Source: Oikopleura dioica (lineage: Eukaryota > Animalia > Chordata). Taken from it: a stretch of 64,000 bases of DNA. Location: NCBI GenBank assembly GCA_907165135.1, contig OU015569.1, forward strand, positions 1,178,001 to 1,242,000, read 5' to 3'. A program made the position numbers and the translations under genes. The notes beneath the pieces were generated by a model, which had not been told where the DNA came from, did no database searches, and was given only the letters and a program-made list of their open reading frames with translations. Numbering within the stretch: position 1 is the stretch's first letter; each line of letters opens with the position of its first letter. Shown one piece after another: positions 12,105-23,424 of the stretch.

Positions 12105-15100
12105 ATGATGGTTAGCGAAGTTGACGTGAATGCGCGTGTAAATGAGACGGCGACGGCAAATAGCTGGCGGATGCATATACCAGACACGACGCCACCTGTT
12201 CAGACACTCCCTGTGCCTCAAGTCCCGACAGAACTGCCGCCAAGGGTTTGCCACTCCTGCAGAGGAAAAATCGACGACGCCTTCTCCTGGCAAGTTCATC
12301 CAGACTACTCTTTCCACCCTCACTGTCTCAAGTGCAGGTAACTGACCAGCTTATTTTTCAAATTTTATCGCAGCTAAATTTAAACTTCATCAAATAGGAA
12401 ATGGTAGAGCTACATCATAATGTTAGGGTTAGGGTTAGGGTTGGCTCGTTTTTGCATTTTTTCTTTGATAGGCATTGTTTCCGTCGAGAAATCTATCTAA
12501 TGAAAGATGTGAGCTGGAGTCTGATTAATAATTGATCATTGATACATATTTCTGCTTGCAAAAACGTCTAACAGTACTTCATTTTTGATGACAGGCGTAA
12601 AATTGATCAATGTGATCAGTGACGAGAACTTTTGATCTGTCGATAATTTGAAATCCCCCGAGAGCGCGGATTATACTTTATTATTATATCTTCTATGAAA
12701 AAATCCCCAGGGCGGTCATGTAGTTATCGTGGGAAGATGTTGTGACCCTTTTGGGTCCTTTTGGCTGCCTTAAAACGATGCAAGTTAATTTTCTTAAGTG
12801 AGTGTGGATGCTACTTCCAGGACGCGACGAGCTGTTTCATGAAAAACGAATTAGCCTACTGCAAGGATGATTATGAACGGTAATGAAATACTTGACATAC
12901 TGATAGTTTAATTCTTGATATTGATTGGTCAGTACCTGCGAAGTTTTCGATCTTAATTAGCAAAAATGAGGAGCGTGTTTTTCTGTGAATCGATGACCCA
13001 GGTCAGCATATGCAGCGACCTAGTAGAAGGACAGTCTCGTGACCTAGCTAGCCTAGCTCGGCAGGTCGAAGCGGCTGAGCCTGGATGGACGGGTTGAGCC
13101 GATCACTCAACGGCGGCTGTCCATGGCTGATCCAAATCCGCCCCGCGCGGATGAGATATCATCGACCCTCAGCGGTACCGCTCGATTCTGACAGTAACAT
13201 CGGCCAGTACACTTGCAGCCACTAAGTCAAGCTTATCCCCGCACTCAATGTCAACTTCGATTGTAAATCAGGCAATTGCGGATAGAGTGAGTTTTTTTAC
13301 TCAGCGGCGCCTTGCAGGCTCACCTCGACCAATCGCCACGGGCGAGTGTATTGGCTCGAGATCACTCAGATCATCCATCTGGCTCAACTTGAGCCTTGAA
13401 ATCAGCATGACGAAGGCGAGATCAAAGCCGCGCTCGCCACCGCTGAGTCTCAAGAAAAACAAAACACTTCTTCCGAAATTAACGCGCTCAAATCCCAGCG
13501 CAACAGCGTCGGAACAGCGATTTTTCCATGTCGATTTTGCATTGTCAAAAAAAAAAGGGATCAATCGTCATCCGCAACAGTGACCGCCGCTCAATGCGAC
13601 TCGCGGTTCGCGCTCCACACGCTTCAGTGATAACATAATCGTTAATCTTTTTTACTATCGATATCAAAATAAGCAGTTCTTTCTTTCAGACTCTACATGG
13701 AGCATTGTGCCAAGTGCGACCATGTGCTGCATCCGACCGATCTCGTTCACAAAGTCAAGAATTGCACCTTTCATGTGGACTGCTTCAGGAACGATTTAAA
13801 TTTTTTGACGAGCATATTTTATATAGAAGAAAATTGTTCCATGCCCTGTGAAAGATAAATAGAACAAAAGATAGTATAACGCGAGTTATCATATCGTAGT
13901 AAAGTTGTCTGAGGGTATGATTAATAATAAATCGAGTAAGTTGCTCGTCATGCGTTCGTGTTCTGGTCTCTGGTGATGAGTTCTTATTGATCGACACTCG
14001 TCTTTTCTGTCGACCTTGTCATGAACTGGAGTCGGAGCAATCTAGGCAGGGATCTAGAATAGTATCAAAATGAAAAATGACCGCAAATCGCCCACCGTAT
14101 CGGCTTCATGTCCAGCAGCTCGTTGCTTATTGCATTACGAATTAATGATAGCCTGAAAACAGACAACTGACATATGTCCAAGGCGACATCGATTTTTTAT
14201 TCTTATTTTACAGTGTAAAATTTAAGCACTCAGGTTGGAAATTTTCCCTTTATCCCTTCATCAGACAGAACCAATTCCGTTGCCGGGAGATGGAGCGACG
14301 AAATAAACCGAAAACAACGAGGTAAAATCTATTTTCCAAATCTCTTCTATGTCTTCATTGCCAGAGTTCGAACGGTGCTGAACGAAAAGCAGCTCCACAC
14401 TCTGCGAACGTGTTACCAAGCGAATCCACGACCAGATGCGTTGATGAAAGAACAACTGGTCGAAATGACGGGCTTATCCCCGCGAGTGATCCGCGTGTGG
14501 TTTCAGAATAAACGGTGAGAAGGGATCATCCGATCATTTTTGATAAAACCCCGAGTTCTTAACCTTTACTCATCCCTCACAATACTTCTTAGATGCAAGG
14601 ACAAGAAGAAACAGATTATGATTAAGCAGCTCGAAGATCAGAGAAATAATCAAGGTAAGTAAATAACGAAGAAAGAGTTAATTCCATCGCTATAATTTCC
14701 GAAATGATTTAACAAAAATGCTAGATTCGGGGACTGATGAAACGAAATCGATCGCGTCCTGCAAAGCGGTTTCGCTAGTCGCCACCGATCCCGTTCCGGA
14801 TAATCCTCAACAGAAGCTCGACACAGAGATCGAAATAAAAAGCTACCAGACACGGGCTCATTCATTTTCGTGACAGTATATATTCTCGCTAATTTCCAAC
14901 GCTAATTTCAAACTAATCAACCTACTGCAAGCTGAAAATATAGCCCCGAGAAGCAAAACGACTGGAAATCGCTCAACTCAATCTCGTACAGGGAAGACAA
15001 CTCGCTGCAGCAACTCGTAAGCAATTTTCTCGAGTTTCTGATTTTTATTTTTATCACAATAGGTCTCTTCGTTTTCGGATCCACTCTCTCATTCATCAGT

Positions 15101-15161
15101 CTCAGACTCATCCCCCTGTTCTGTGACGTCGTCAACGTCATTTGGAAGCTATTTGGCCTAA
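12105..15161 (+). CDS. ISL1: Islet LIM-homeobox transcription factor
   Basis: Two LIM domains ([10 protein letters not shown]...HPHCLKCSEC...CKDDY; CAKCDH...HVDCFSCSSC...CRPC). Homeodomain [60 protein letters not shown], nearly identical to vertebrate Isl1/2. LIM-binding segment WKSL...LQQLV. Confidence 0.96.
12965..13250 (+). ncRNA. Candidate structured non-coding RNA (weak RNase MRP/P-like motifs) in Islet intron 2
   Basis: GC-rich, no ORF, several nested helices found by eye, plus motifs resembling CR-I (GGACAGTCTCGTGACCT), CR-IV (AGTAACAT) and CR-V (ACTAAGTCAAGCTTA). Family assignment unverified. Confidence 0.25.
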
Positions 15162-15342
15162 AACAGAAAAAAGCCTTCTTCTTTTAGTCCCGAAAAGATT
15201 ATTATGTATATTTTCTTGACCCTTCTACGTAGACATTGAATAAAGGCGGATTCGTTTCTATAAAAATACTTTTTATTTAATTTAAAATTTTATTAAAATA
15301 TAAATTTTATAAATTACAAGGGCGAAAAAATCGAGATACTTT

Positions 15343-15839
15343 TTAACTTCTTTGAGCGACAGACTCATATGAAGGAGGCAGTACGATATCGTCATACTTG
15401 GGAGGCGGAGACTGAACATCTACTGACTCGGATGATACTGTGCGTATACTCGGCAGGCGAGGCGGTCTTCCATAACTAGTTGAGCTAAAAGGGTAGTTGA
15501 CGTTTGAAGTAGAAGCTGTTATTGATCTAGAATGCTTTCACGGATTTTGAAATATTCTAGCAAAGATTAAAACATAGAAATGCGATAAATCCGTAGCCAT
15601 GGAGAAATTCGCACTCCGCAAAGTCGTTTCGCAACTGCTACAACTAGATAGAGAAGAACAACCCCAGCAGTTGTGACCGCGACGCCTCAATCTCGAAATT
15701 ATCAATTCTAGCTTACTGCTTGCATCTCTTAATGATTTCGTTCTTTTCCGATAAAAAGAGTATCCCTATCTTCATTTATGTCTCTTGATGGTTCTTCGGC
15801 CATTGTGATTTGCTTTTCGCAAGACAAAGGACAAGCCAT
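15343..15839 (-). CDS. Small protein ending in PPxY motifs, convergent with Islet
   Basis: Last exon reads SITASTSNVNYPF...SPPPKYDDIVLPPSYESVAQRS* after an AG acceptor, with AATAAA downstream on the minus strand. Upstream exons uncertain. Confidence 0.35.
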
Positions 15840-16024
15840 TCGCTCTCTCTCTCTTTGTGGCTTTTGTCTGTACCAAAAAGAGAAAAAAGAAGTTTTCACG
15901 TGAATGTATTTTACAAATGGAATGAGAGGGTCAGCAAGTCAGGTCTGGAAATATTTTAAGCGTTCAGGAGTTACGATAGGCACGGCGGTCGAGGGTTGAA
16001 CTTATTATCGATCAGGAGGCGGGC

Positions 16025-19000
16025 TCAGTCTTCTTCTATGATTTTGTTTCTCCAGTCATCTAAAAAACATTAAGGGCAAAACCTTTGTTCACCCACCTTT
16101 GAAACATATAGAAGTGAGAATAGCTGCGCCCTCTTTTCTAAAATCGCTCTTGTGTCTTATCCCGAAGATGCTCCGGTCGTTTTTGGTTAATCCCATCAGT
16201 TCAGCTTCGTTCGTCATTTTGCCAAGTTTAACTGCGAAAACTTCCACTTTGCTGTGTTCTGCTGCGTTGAGAACTTCTTTGAGTCGTCGTGGATGAATGT
16301 AAAGGCGACCGGCAGTGATCATGATAAGAAATCTCTAAATTTAGCGTTAGATTCAAAGAGTTGTTTTCGACCCTTTTTTCTCACCGGATTTTTCCCGTGG
16401 AAGAGATCGATGCTGTTACGAAGGCCGGCGTACGCATTGTAGCCCATGTTTTTGAATCGGTTCTTGCTCTGCTCTAATCCTTGAAGTAAATTGCTCTTGT
16501 CGTTGAACCTCGCCAAGTCGAATTCAATCTCTGTTTTGGTCGAAAATTGCACAAGTCCAATGCGCGATCTTTCTTGGCTGAAAAAGATAATGTTTTTGAT
16601 TAGTTTGAAGTTAACGGAGTGATACTCTTACCTGATATTAAGTTGAGTCACGATAGACTTGATCCAGTCGATCACCATGTTGTAGTTTTTTCGCCCGATT
16701 CGAATGGAACCATCGATCAAGAAAACAATGTCAAAAGCTTGGTCCTTGCACACTGAAATTATTAATCACTTTTCCGGAACTTGCTTGACGAACTAACCGT
16801 TCGGAACAGAGCGCAACTTTTCGCAACTTCGACCGTAGTATCTATCAGTGCATTGGCACTGGTGCTGATTCGGAGACGATTCCATGCATTTCCCGCCGTT
16901 TCGGCATTCATCTTCGCAAGCAGTTATTTCTGAAATAAAAAAATTGAAAATTGATCTGCTAATTTTCGGCTGAATGAAAAAATAGAAAATAGCGCGCTCG
17001 TGCTTGATTCTCGCTCGCCGACTTTGATAAAAAATAGAATAAAAAAAAACGACACCATGCAAGATAGATAACCGTGTTGACACTTGTTTCCGGTAAAGTG
17101 TTTCGAACAAGCGCAAACAAATTGCCCGGCATCCATATTTTTTTTAAGCGCGAAACACTTTCCACCATTGAGACAAGGATTATTCGGATAACAACTCTTA
17201 TGATCACCAACTCTTACTGAATGACACCGTAATTGAAAACACCGTTTGCAATTTTTACAAAACCTGATCTTATGCTTTCGGATTCGATATTAAGAAAGTC
17301 TGGTAACTCAAATTGAACTTGCTGGTGGCAAAGACGACCAGTAAAGCCTTTCTCGCATTCGCAGTGGAACGAATGCTTGTCTATCACGCATTTTCCATTG
17401 TTGTAGCAAGGATTTTCGGCGCAGATACCAAGTGGCACGCAAGAGTGCCCGTCAGCGCTCAGAACGAAGTCTTCCCTACACTTGCAGCTGTAGGTTCCTA
17501 TTAGGAAAGAAGATGAAGATCACGTGAGTATTTACATGAGTTACATTACCTTCTTTGTTAATGCAATCCTGCTCACAAAGATTTCTCTTTGGAGAGAGGC
17601 ACTCATTCACATCAACGCAGTTGTCGATTTGGTAATCGAATTGGAATCCTTTGTCACACTGGCACATGAAGCTTCCCTCAGTGTTTATGCATCTTCCATG
17701 ATTGCAAGGACTGAATAATTTTAATTTTAGCTATAGTTGAATAATGAGGTCAAAACTTACCTTTGGATGCATTCATCAATGTCTTAAAGGAAAAAGTGGA
17801 TTATTATTTAAGGGACTCCGCAATCGCCAGTGCGCAATTTTTTTTTCGCGCTGAGCCGGAGGGGAGATTTGGCGGAAAAAAACGAGAGAGAGAATAATTA
17901 TTATTATCATGAAGGAGAGCTTTGTTTTGGCAATTCTCGCCGGCCCCGCGATTTTGTATGTTTTTAGAATTATTTATTTTGTGGGCGCTGGGTACGACTT
18001 CTCGGAGAAAGATGATCAGCAGCTGATGAGCAAGTCGGACAACTCCGACAATTTGTTTGACGAGCTTATACACATTTGGAAGTCACCAACTCGAAGACCA
18101 GTCATTCAAAAGCACAAGCAACCGCGATCAGCCCTCGAAGATCTTTATCAACGCTCAGTTCCTAGAGAATCATTCGTGCTATCTTCAACGCGCCCGTCAG
18201 AACTTCTCAGTCACACGGAGCTCCTCCCATGGAATATTTCCTTCGCGAGAGTCACTCAACTCGCCAACGAAAGACCCTTATTCTTACGACAAGATCTCAT
18301 TGATGGTGATTGCTGCATTCTTTGGCCGTACGATTTTTATAAACTCCCGTTTTCGAAAAACGACACGATTGATTTTAATGCAAATTTTGTGATTCTACCA
18401 TGGATAGGAGAACTCAACTATGTTGTGCCGCTGAAAGATCTCTACAAAATGGATATTTATCATTTCGGACAACAAGGTATATAATATAATATAATATAAT
18501 ATAATATAATATAATATAATATAATATAATATAATATAATATAATATAATATAATATAATATAATATAATATAATATAATATAATATAATATAATATAAT
18601 ATAATATAACTAGCGCAAACTATTTACAATGACGACTTGGGAGACGAAGACGAGGAAATTGACGATGACGAGGATGAGTATATTACGGTCAGCCGCAATC
18701 ATATAACTGTTTTACAGCATTTGGCACGGGTTAGCTTATCTTATAAGCATCGATGTTGAAACCAAGCAAGAGATTAAAACCCTCGTAAAGTATTCCGAAC
18801 TAATTCACCTTTACGACGACATTAACGAAGCGCCGCCCGCAGATTTTCCCCCGCCAATGCAATCAATGGCACCAAATGCAATCATCTGGGAAGGCAGAGT
18901 CAAAATACTGCGAGCGATATTTGGCATTGCAATCGCCTCAGACAATCTGGTGGCGTTGGAAAATCTCGAAATTCTCTGGCGAATACTTTTTCTCGAGCTC

Positions 19001-22000
19001 GACGAAAAGTTTGGAATGATTCCACCCGTGCATTGGCAACAAGAACATCAACGCGTGGCGGAACTGCTCATAGAGTCCGAAAGTGACTGGGCCAATCCCG
19101 AGCACTTTGAAAACATTTGAAAATACATTACCCTGATCACACTTGTTCCCTTTCCAGCCTTCTGAGCACTTGCAAACGTCATCGATGCAGAGCCCGTTTT
19201 CGCACTCCACTTTGCAGCCGCTGTTCTTGTTCTTCCGTGATTTGCTGACACAAGTATGCATATCGCTGGATAGATCCTCTCCTTCTCCGCAAACACAACG
19301 ATAGCCACCTTTTCAAGAGATATTATAGACTACCGATGATAGCAGGCCTTTGCCCGGGATTTGAAGCTGTTCGCCACGGATGGCGAACAGGTTATCCGGT
19401 CAGCCAATCACAAGACAGGATTCTCTTAGTGGCGGCGTAACCCCGGATTTGAGTCTGCTATCGTCGTATCATGTGAAATTCTCTTCAAAAGCTCTGATAA
19501 TTATCAATTGAATCTCTGCCTTGAGTATTGAAGCAATAATCTGAGCATCCTCCTTTTCGAATTTGACATTCGTCAATGTCAAGACATGTGTGGCCATCCT
19601 GAGCAAGCTCGTATCCATTTGGGCAGTCGCATCGATAGTAAACATTTGGAGCAGCAATGTGGATTGGAGTAGATGGGGCGACGATTATCGTACTCGTAGA
19701 AAGAAGAATGCAAGTATGTGAGCATTTGTGGTTGGCTCCATCACATGTCGAGAGTGCTTCGCTTGTAGAATCGGCTTCTTCTTCGTCTTTTTCTTCCTCT
19801 TGAATTTCTTCACAGACAAAACTGCCCGGTGTATTCACGCAGTTTGAAAAATCGTCGCAAGGGGAACTAAGAGTGGCGCATTCATCAACGTCGAGGCAAG
19901 AAAAGGAGCCGAAACTGTTCGAGCAATAAAATCCTTCCTCGCAGGGTGAATTTTCACATTCGTCAATATCTTTGCATTCGTAGCTGCCTAGAGTATTCAC
20001 GCAGTTTGTGCCAGCCTGGCAACTCTCGGCCGTGCATTCGTTCACATCGACACATGTATACGAGCCTTCATTATTGAGACAAGCGTAGCCGTTGTCACAC
20101 GGCTCCTCAAAGCACTCGTTAATGTCAAGACAATCGTAACTGCCGTGTTTGTTGTAACATTCAAAGCCAACGGGACACGATCCAATTTCCAGACACTCGT
20201 CGACATCCACACATGAAAAGTTTCCAACGTTGTTGACACATTTGAAGCCGATTTCGCAGATGTTTGCTTCGCCGAAAACGGCGCACTCGTCGAAATCCTC
20301 ACATTGATAAGAACCTGGAGTATTTTTACACGTGAATCCCAAATCACACGGAGAATCGATCACGCATTCATTGATATCAAGACACTCAAAGCCATCAACG
20401 TAGTCGACACACTCGTAACCAGCTTCGCACTGCGCATTTTCGCAGAGATCGATTTCTATGCACTCAAACGAGCCCTCCGTATTCTGGCATGTTTGTCGCT
20501 TGCTGCAAGTGTTTATTTCTTCCGCGCACTCGTCAATGTCGATGCACTCTGAAAACAAAGTAGACTTCTTCTTCCGCCTCGTTAAAAGTCAACGGTTCCC
20601 GAGCAAGTTCAAAAAGTTTTGTATGCTTACCGTAAGCCCCTGGCAGATTAGCGCACTTGAAACCCGATTCGCATGGATGACTTTTTGGTGTTTACTAAAC
20701 CGATTGGTATCCAAACATAACCACAACACTCAAACTTAAACACTCCCTTTTGCATTCGTCGACGTCCTCGCATCTATATCCGCCGTGCAAATTAATACAT
20801 TCCTCGCCTTTGTCGCAAGGCTCATTAAGGCACTCATCTATGTCGCTGCACTTGAACGAGCCGTCGATCGTGTTACTGCATTCAAGTCCTGCAGCGCACG
20901 GATTTTCTTCGCAATGGTCAACAAAAGAGCACTTGAAATCACCATCGGAGTTTTCGCATTTGTATCCAACTGGACAGGCCATTATTTCGTGAGCGCATTC
21001 GTCGATATCGATACACTCATAATCGCCGTTAAAATTTTCGCATCTAAAAGAAGATATATCATATTCCTAAAAACAACATGTATATCATTAGACATCCCAC
21101 TTACCTGTAGCCTGAAGGGCAGATATTCTCCTTCTCACACTCGTTGATATCGACACATTCGAATCCAGCTTCATTAACTCTGCATTCAAAGCCAACTTCA
21201 CAGGGCTCCTTTGCGCAGGGATCGATGAAACTGCACAAGAACCCGCCAACCGTATTTTCACAACTTTCATTTTCGTCACAGGGGTTGTCATCGCATTCGT
21301 TTATATCGTAACATTTAAAGTCGCCTTTGAAATTTTTGCAGGTGAAACCATCGGGGCAGTGAGCTTGGGCACACTCGTCGATATCAACGCATTCGTAGCT
21401 GCCAGCCGTATTGATGCACTCGTAACCGTATTCGCACGGTTCCAAGGCGCACTCGTCTACGTCTACTTATCGGGTCACATTCGGATTTATAAAATAAACA
21501 GGTAATAAATGGTGACCTTAATCTATACAAGTGTGATCGTCGTTGTCCAAAATGAAGCCTGGTGAGCAAAGGCATCTGTAAGCCATGCCCGAAAGGTTGA
21601 CACACTTATCGCTGCAGTTTGCCAACTTGCAAGTATCAATTTCGCTGCAACTCTTGCCGTTGAAGTCAAGTGAGAAGCCGGGATAGCATTCGCACGTGTA
21701 CTCGCCCGGGAAATTGCGGCAGATTTGACCGCAACCGTGGCTAGAATCTGCACACTCGTCAACATCGTCGCATTGCCCGCCGATGGTCAGCTCGTATCCT
21801 TCGTTGCATTCGCAATTGTATCCTCCTCTAGTGTTAATGCACTTGTGCTGGCAATTGTGCGACGAGATGGTGCACTCGTCGACATCTTCGTCGCATTTTT
21901 CGCCGGTCCATCCTGCATGGCACTGGCAATGCGCCGTGTTTCCAAGCATCTTACAGACCCCGTTGCCACAGGACAAATCCTCACAAGTGAGTTGCGCTTC

Positions 22001-23424
22001 GAGCGATGAATTGCTGCATTCAAAGTCGTAGGAGCCCTTTTCCTTGCAGAATTGAGTGGGATGGCAGGGCTTGGTAAGGCATTTTCCATGTTCGCAATTT
22101 ACTCGATGGCATTTTGTTATGTAGCTGCTGGCATATCCACCGGTGTTGTACTTTTTCAGGCATTGAAATGATGAAGTATTGCAAGTTTCGAAGTCGCGGC
22201 AAATGAGCTGCTGCAACTGTGCGAGTTCATCAACCAGGCGGTTCTCTTTGATCACCCGAAGAATACGACTTGCGCTTCCGGTGAACTCATCGGTAATTCC
22301 GCTGTCCTCCTCGCCGACCACGACGGCAAAAATATTCACATCGTGGAAACTTCTAAGCTTGGTAGCCAGCGCATTTGACGAGTACGTCGGCGTTTCCCCT
22401 GACATGACGATTAATATTTTTACAGCCTTTCACAGAGGGGCGACAAAAATAAAACCCTTTTTATCGAAAACGAGAATGAAAGATCAAAAGAGGAGGTAAT
22501 AATAGTTTTGTTGGTGGCCCTCGTGCCTGAGCCCGTGCTCCGCGGGAGCGCGAAAATCCGTACTTTTGCACATTATCCAAAGCTCCTTCAAACGGATCTC
22601 CTTCCATTTTGGAGGAATTGCGTCCAAAGCGCCGCCGCAAGCTACGCAAATGACGTTGAGAGCGTCGGCTCGCGTGGCGACCTTTCCGACCAAGTGCCTT
22701 CCTTTTCATCTCCGACAAACTCGTTTTGAAGCCGGAAAACTCGTCGTAATCGTGGAAGGAAATGAATCGTTCGGTTTGCGTTTCATCAAACTGAAACACC
22801 GCCATTTTCACCATCGAGTCACTTTTTTATTGATGCAAATTTGGTCAATAAATAAAGCAAAAAAAAAACGATATGATATTTTTGCATACGAAATTTCCTA
22901 TACATCATCGTTGAAGCCATATAAGCCACAAGCCTCTTGAACTGAGAATATGCAGTACTCGTCGTCATATAACTTCATAATGGGTCATTTAACTTGGCAA
23001 GATGATACCCAGCTCACCTCGAATCCAAGAGAAAAAGAATGTCGATAGGAACATCCGAGGGACACGCATTTGTTCGAACAGCGGCGGAGATCTGCTCGGA
23101 GATGTCTTGTAAGTCCCTTGCTTCGACTTTGATAACATCAGGTTTTGGCACTTCTGCTTTGCGCGCATAAGAACTGTAGCTCAAATCTCTGGATCTATGC
23201 TGATGAGGGTAGTAGTTGGAGGGGTATCTGTACGTCGGTCGAATATTGCGCCTGTATATCGGTGATTTTTCTGTAGTCTGAGGCCTCTCTACCCAACTTT
23301 AAACTTTTCTTGAAAATCAAAAATAAAACCAACAACTTTACCGAATGTATCGATATCGGGGACTGGAATACGTCCGATAGCCGAAACTCAGCTGCAGCAG
23401 GAATATTAGCCGCTTCCAGATCAT
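16025..23424 (-). CDS. Secreted matrilin-like protein: signal peptide, vWA, about 30 EGF/cbEGF repeats, vWA
   Basis: Start MIWKRLIFLLQLSFG. vWA1 DILFLLDSS...VKMAVFQF...GFSRSRGARAQAVKILIVMSG. Serial D[IV][DN]EC cbEGF modules. vWA2 FDIVFLIDGS...RSRIGLVQFS...FLIMITAG. Exons join in frame across all introns, including the 1.35-kb intron 17783-19131. Confidence 0.85.
17909..19120 (+). CDS. Nested antisense gene, type II membrane protein of unknown function, 3 exons
   Basis: Exons 17909-18476, 18614-about 18677 and about 18718-19120 join in frame through GT-AG introns. N-terminal hydrophobic anchor SFVLAILAGPAILYVFRIIYFVGAG. The gene lies wholly inside host intron 17783-19131. Confidence 0.75.
18479..18609. 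repeat. (ATAAT)n microsatellite, about 26 units, filling an intron
   Basis: Perfect pentamer array directly after the GT donor at 18477 and ending just before the AG at 18612-18613. Confidence 0.95.
19331..19468. mobile_element. Small TA-flanked foldback/MITE in a matrilin-like intron
   Basis: CGATGATAGCAG (19334-19345) pairs with CTGCTATCGTCG (19455-19466). TA on both sides. Internal hairpin TGTTCGCCA-cgga-TGGCGAACA. Confidence 0.6.

Noticed and set aside
12423-12443. (TTAGGG)3 in Islet intron 1
   Set aside because: Too short to indicate a chromosome fusion or healing event, and too long to be a telomerase template.
14848-14943. Possible GA or GG donor in the late Islet intron
   Set aside because: An in-phase GT donor (TTTC|GTGACA, about 14870) also works, so a non-canonical call is not forced.
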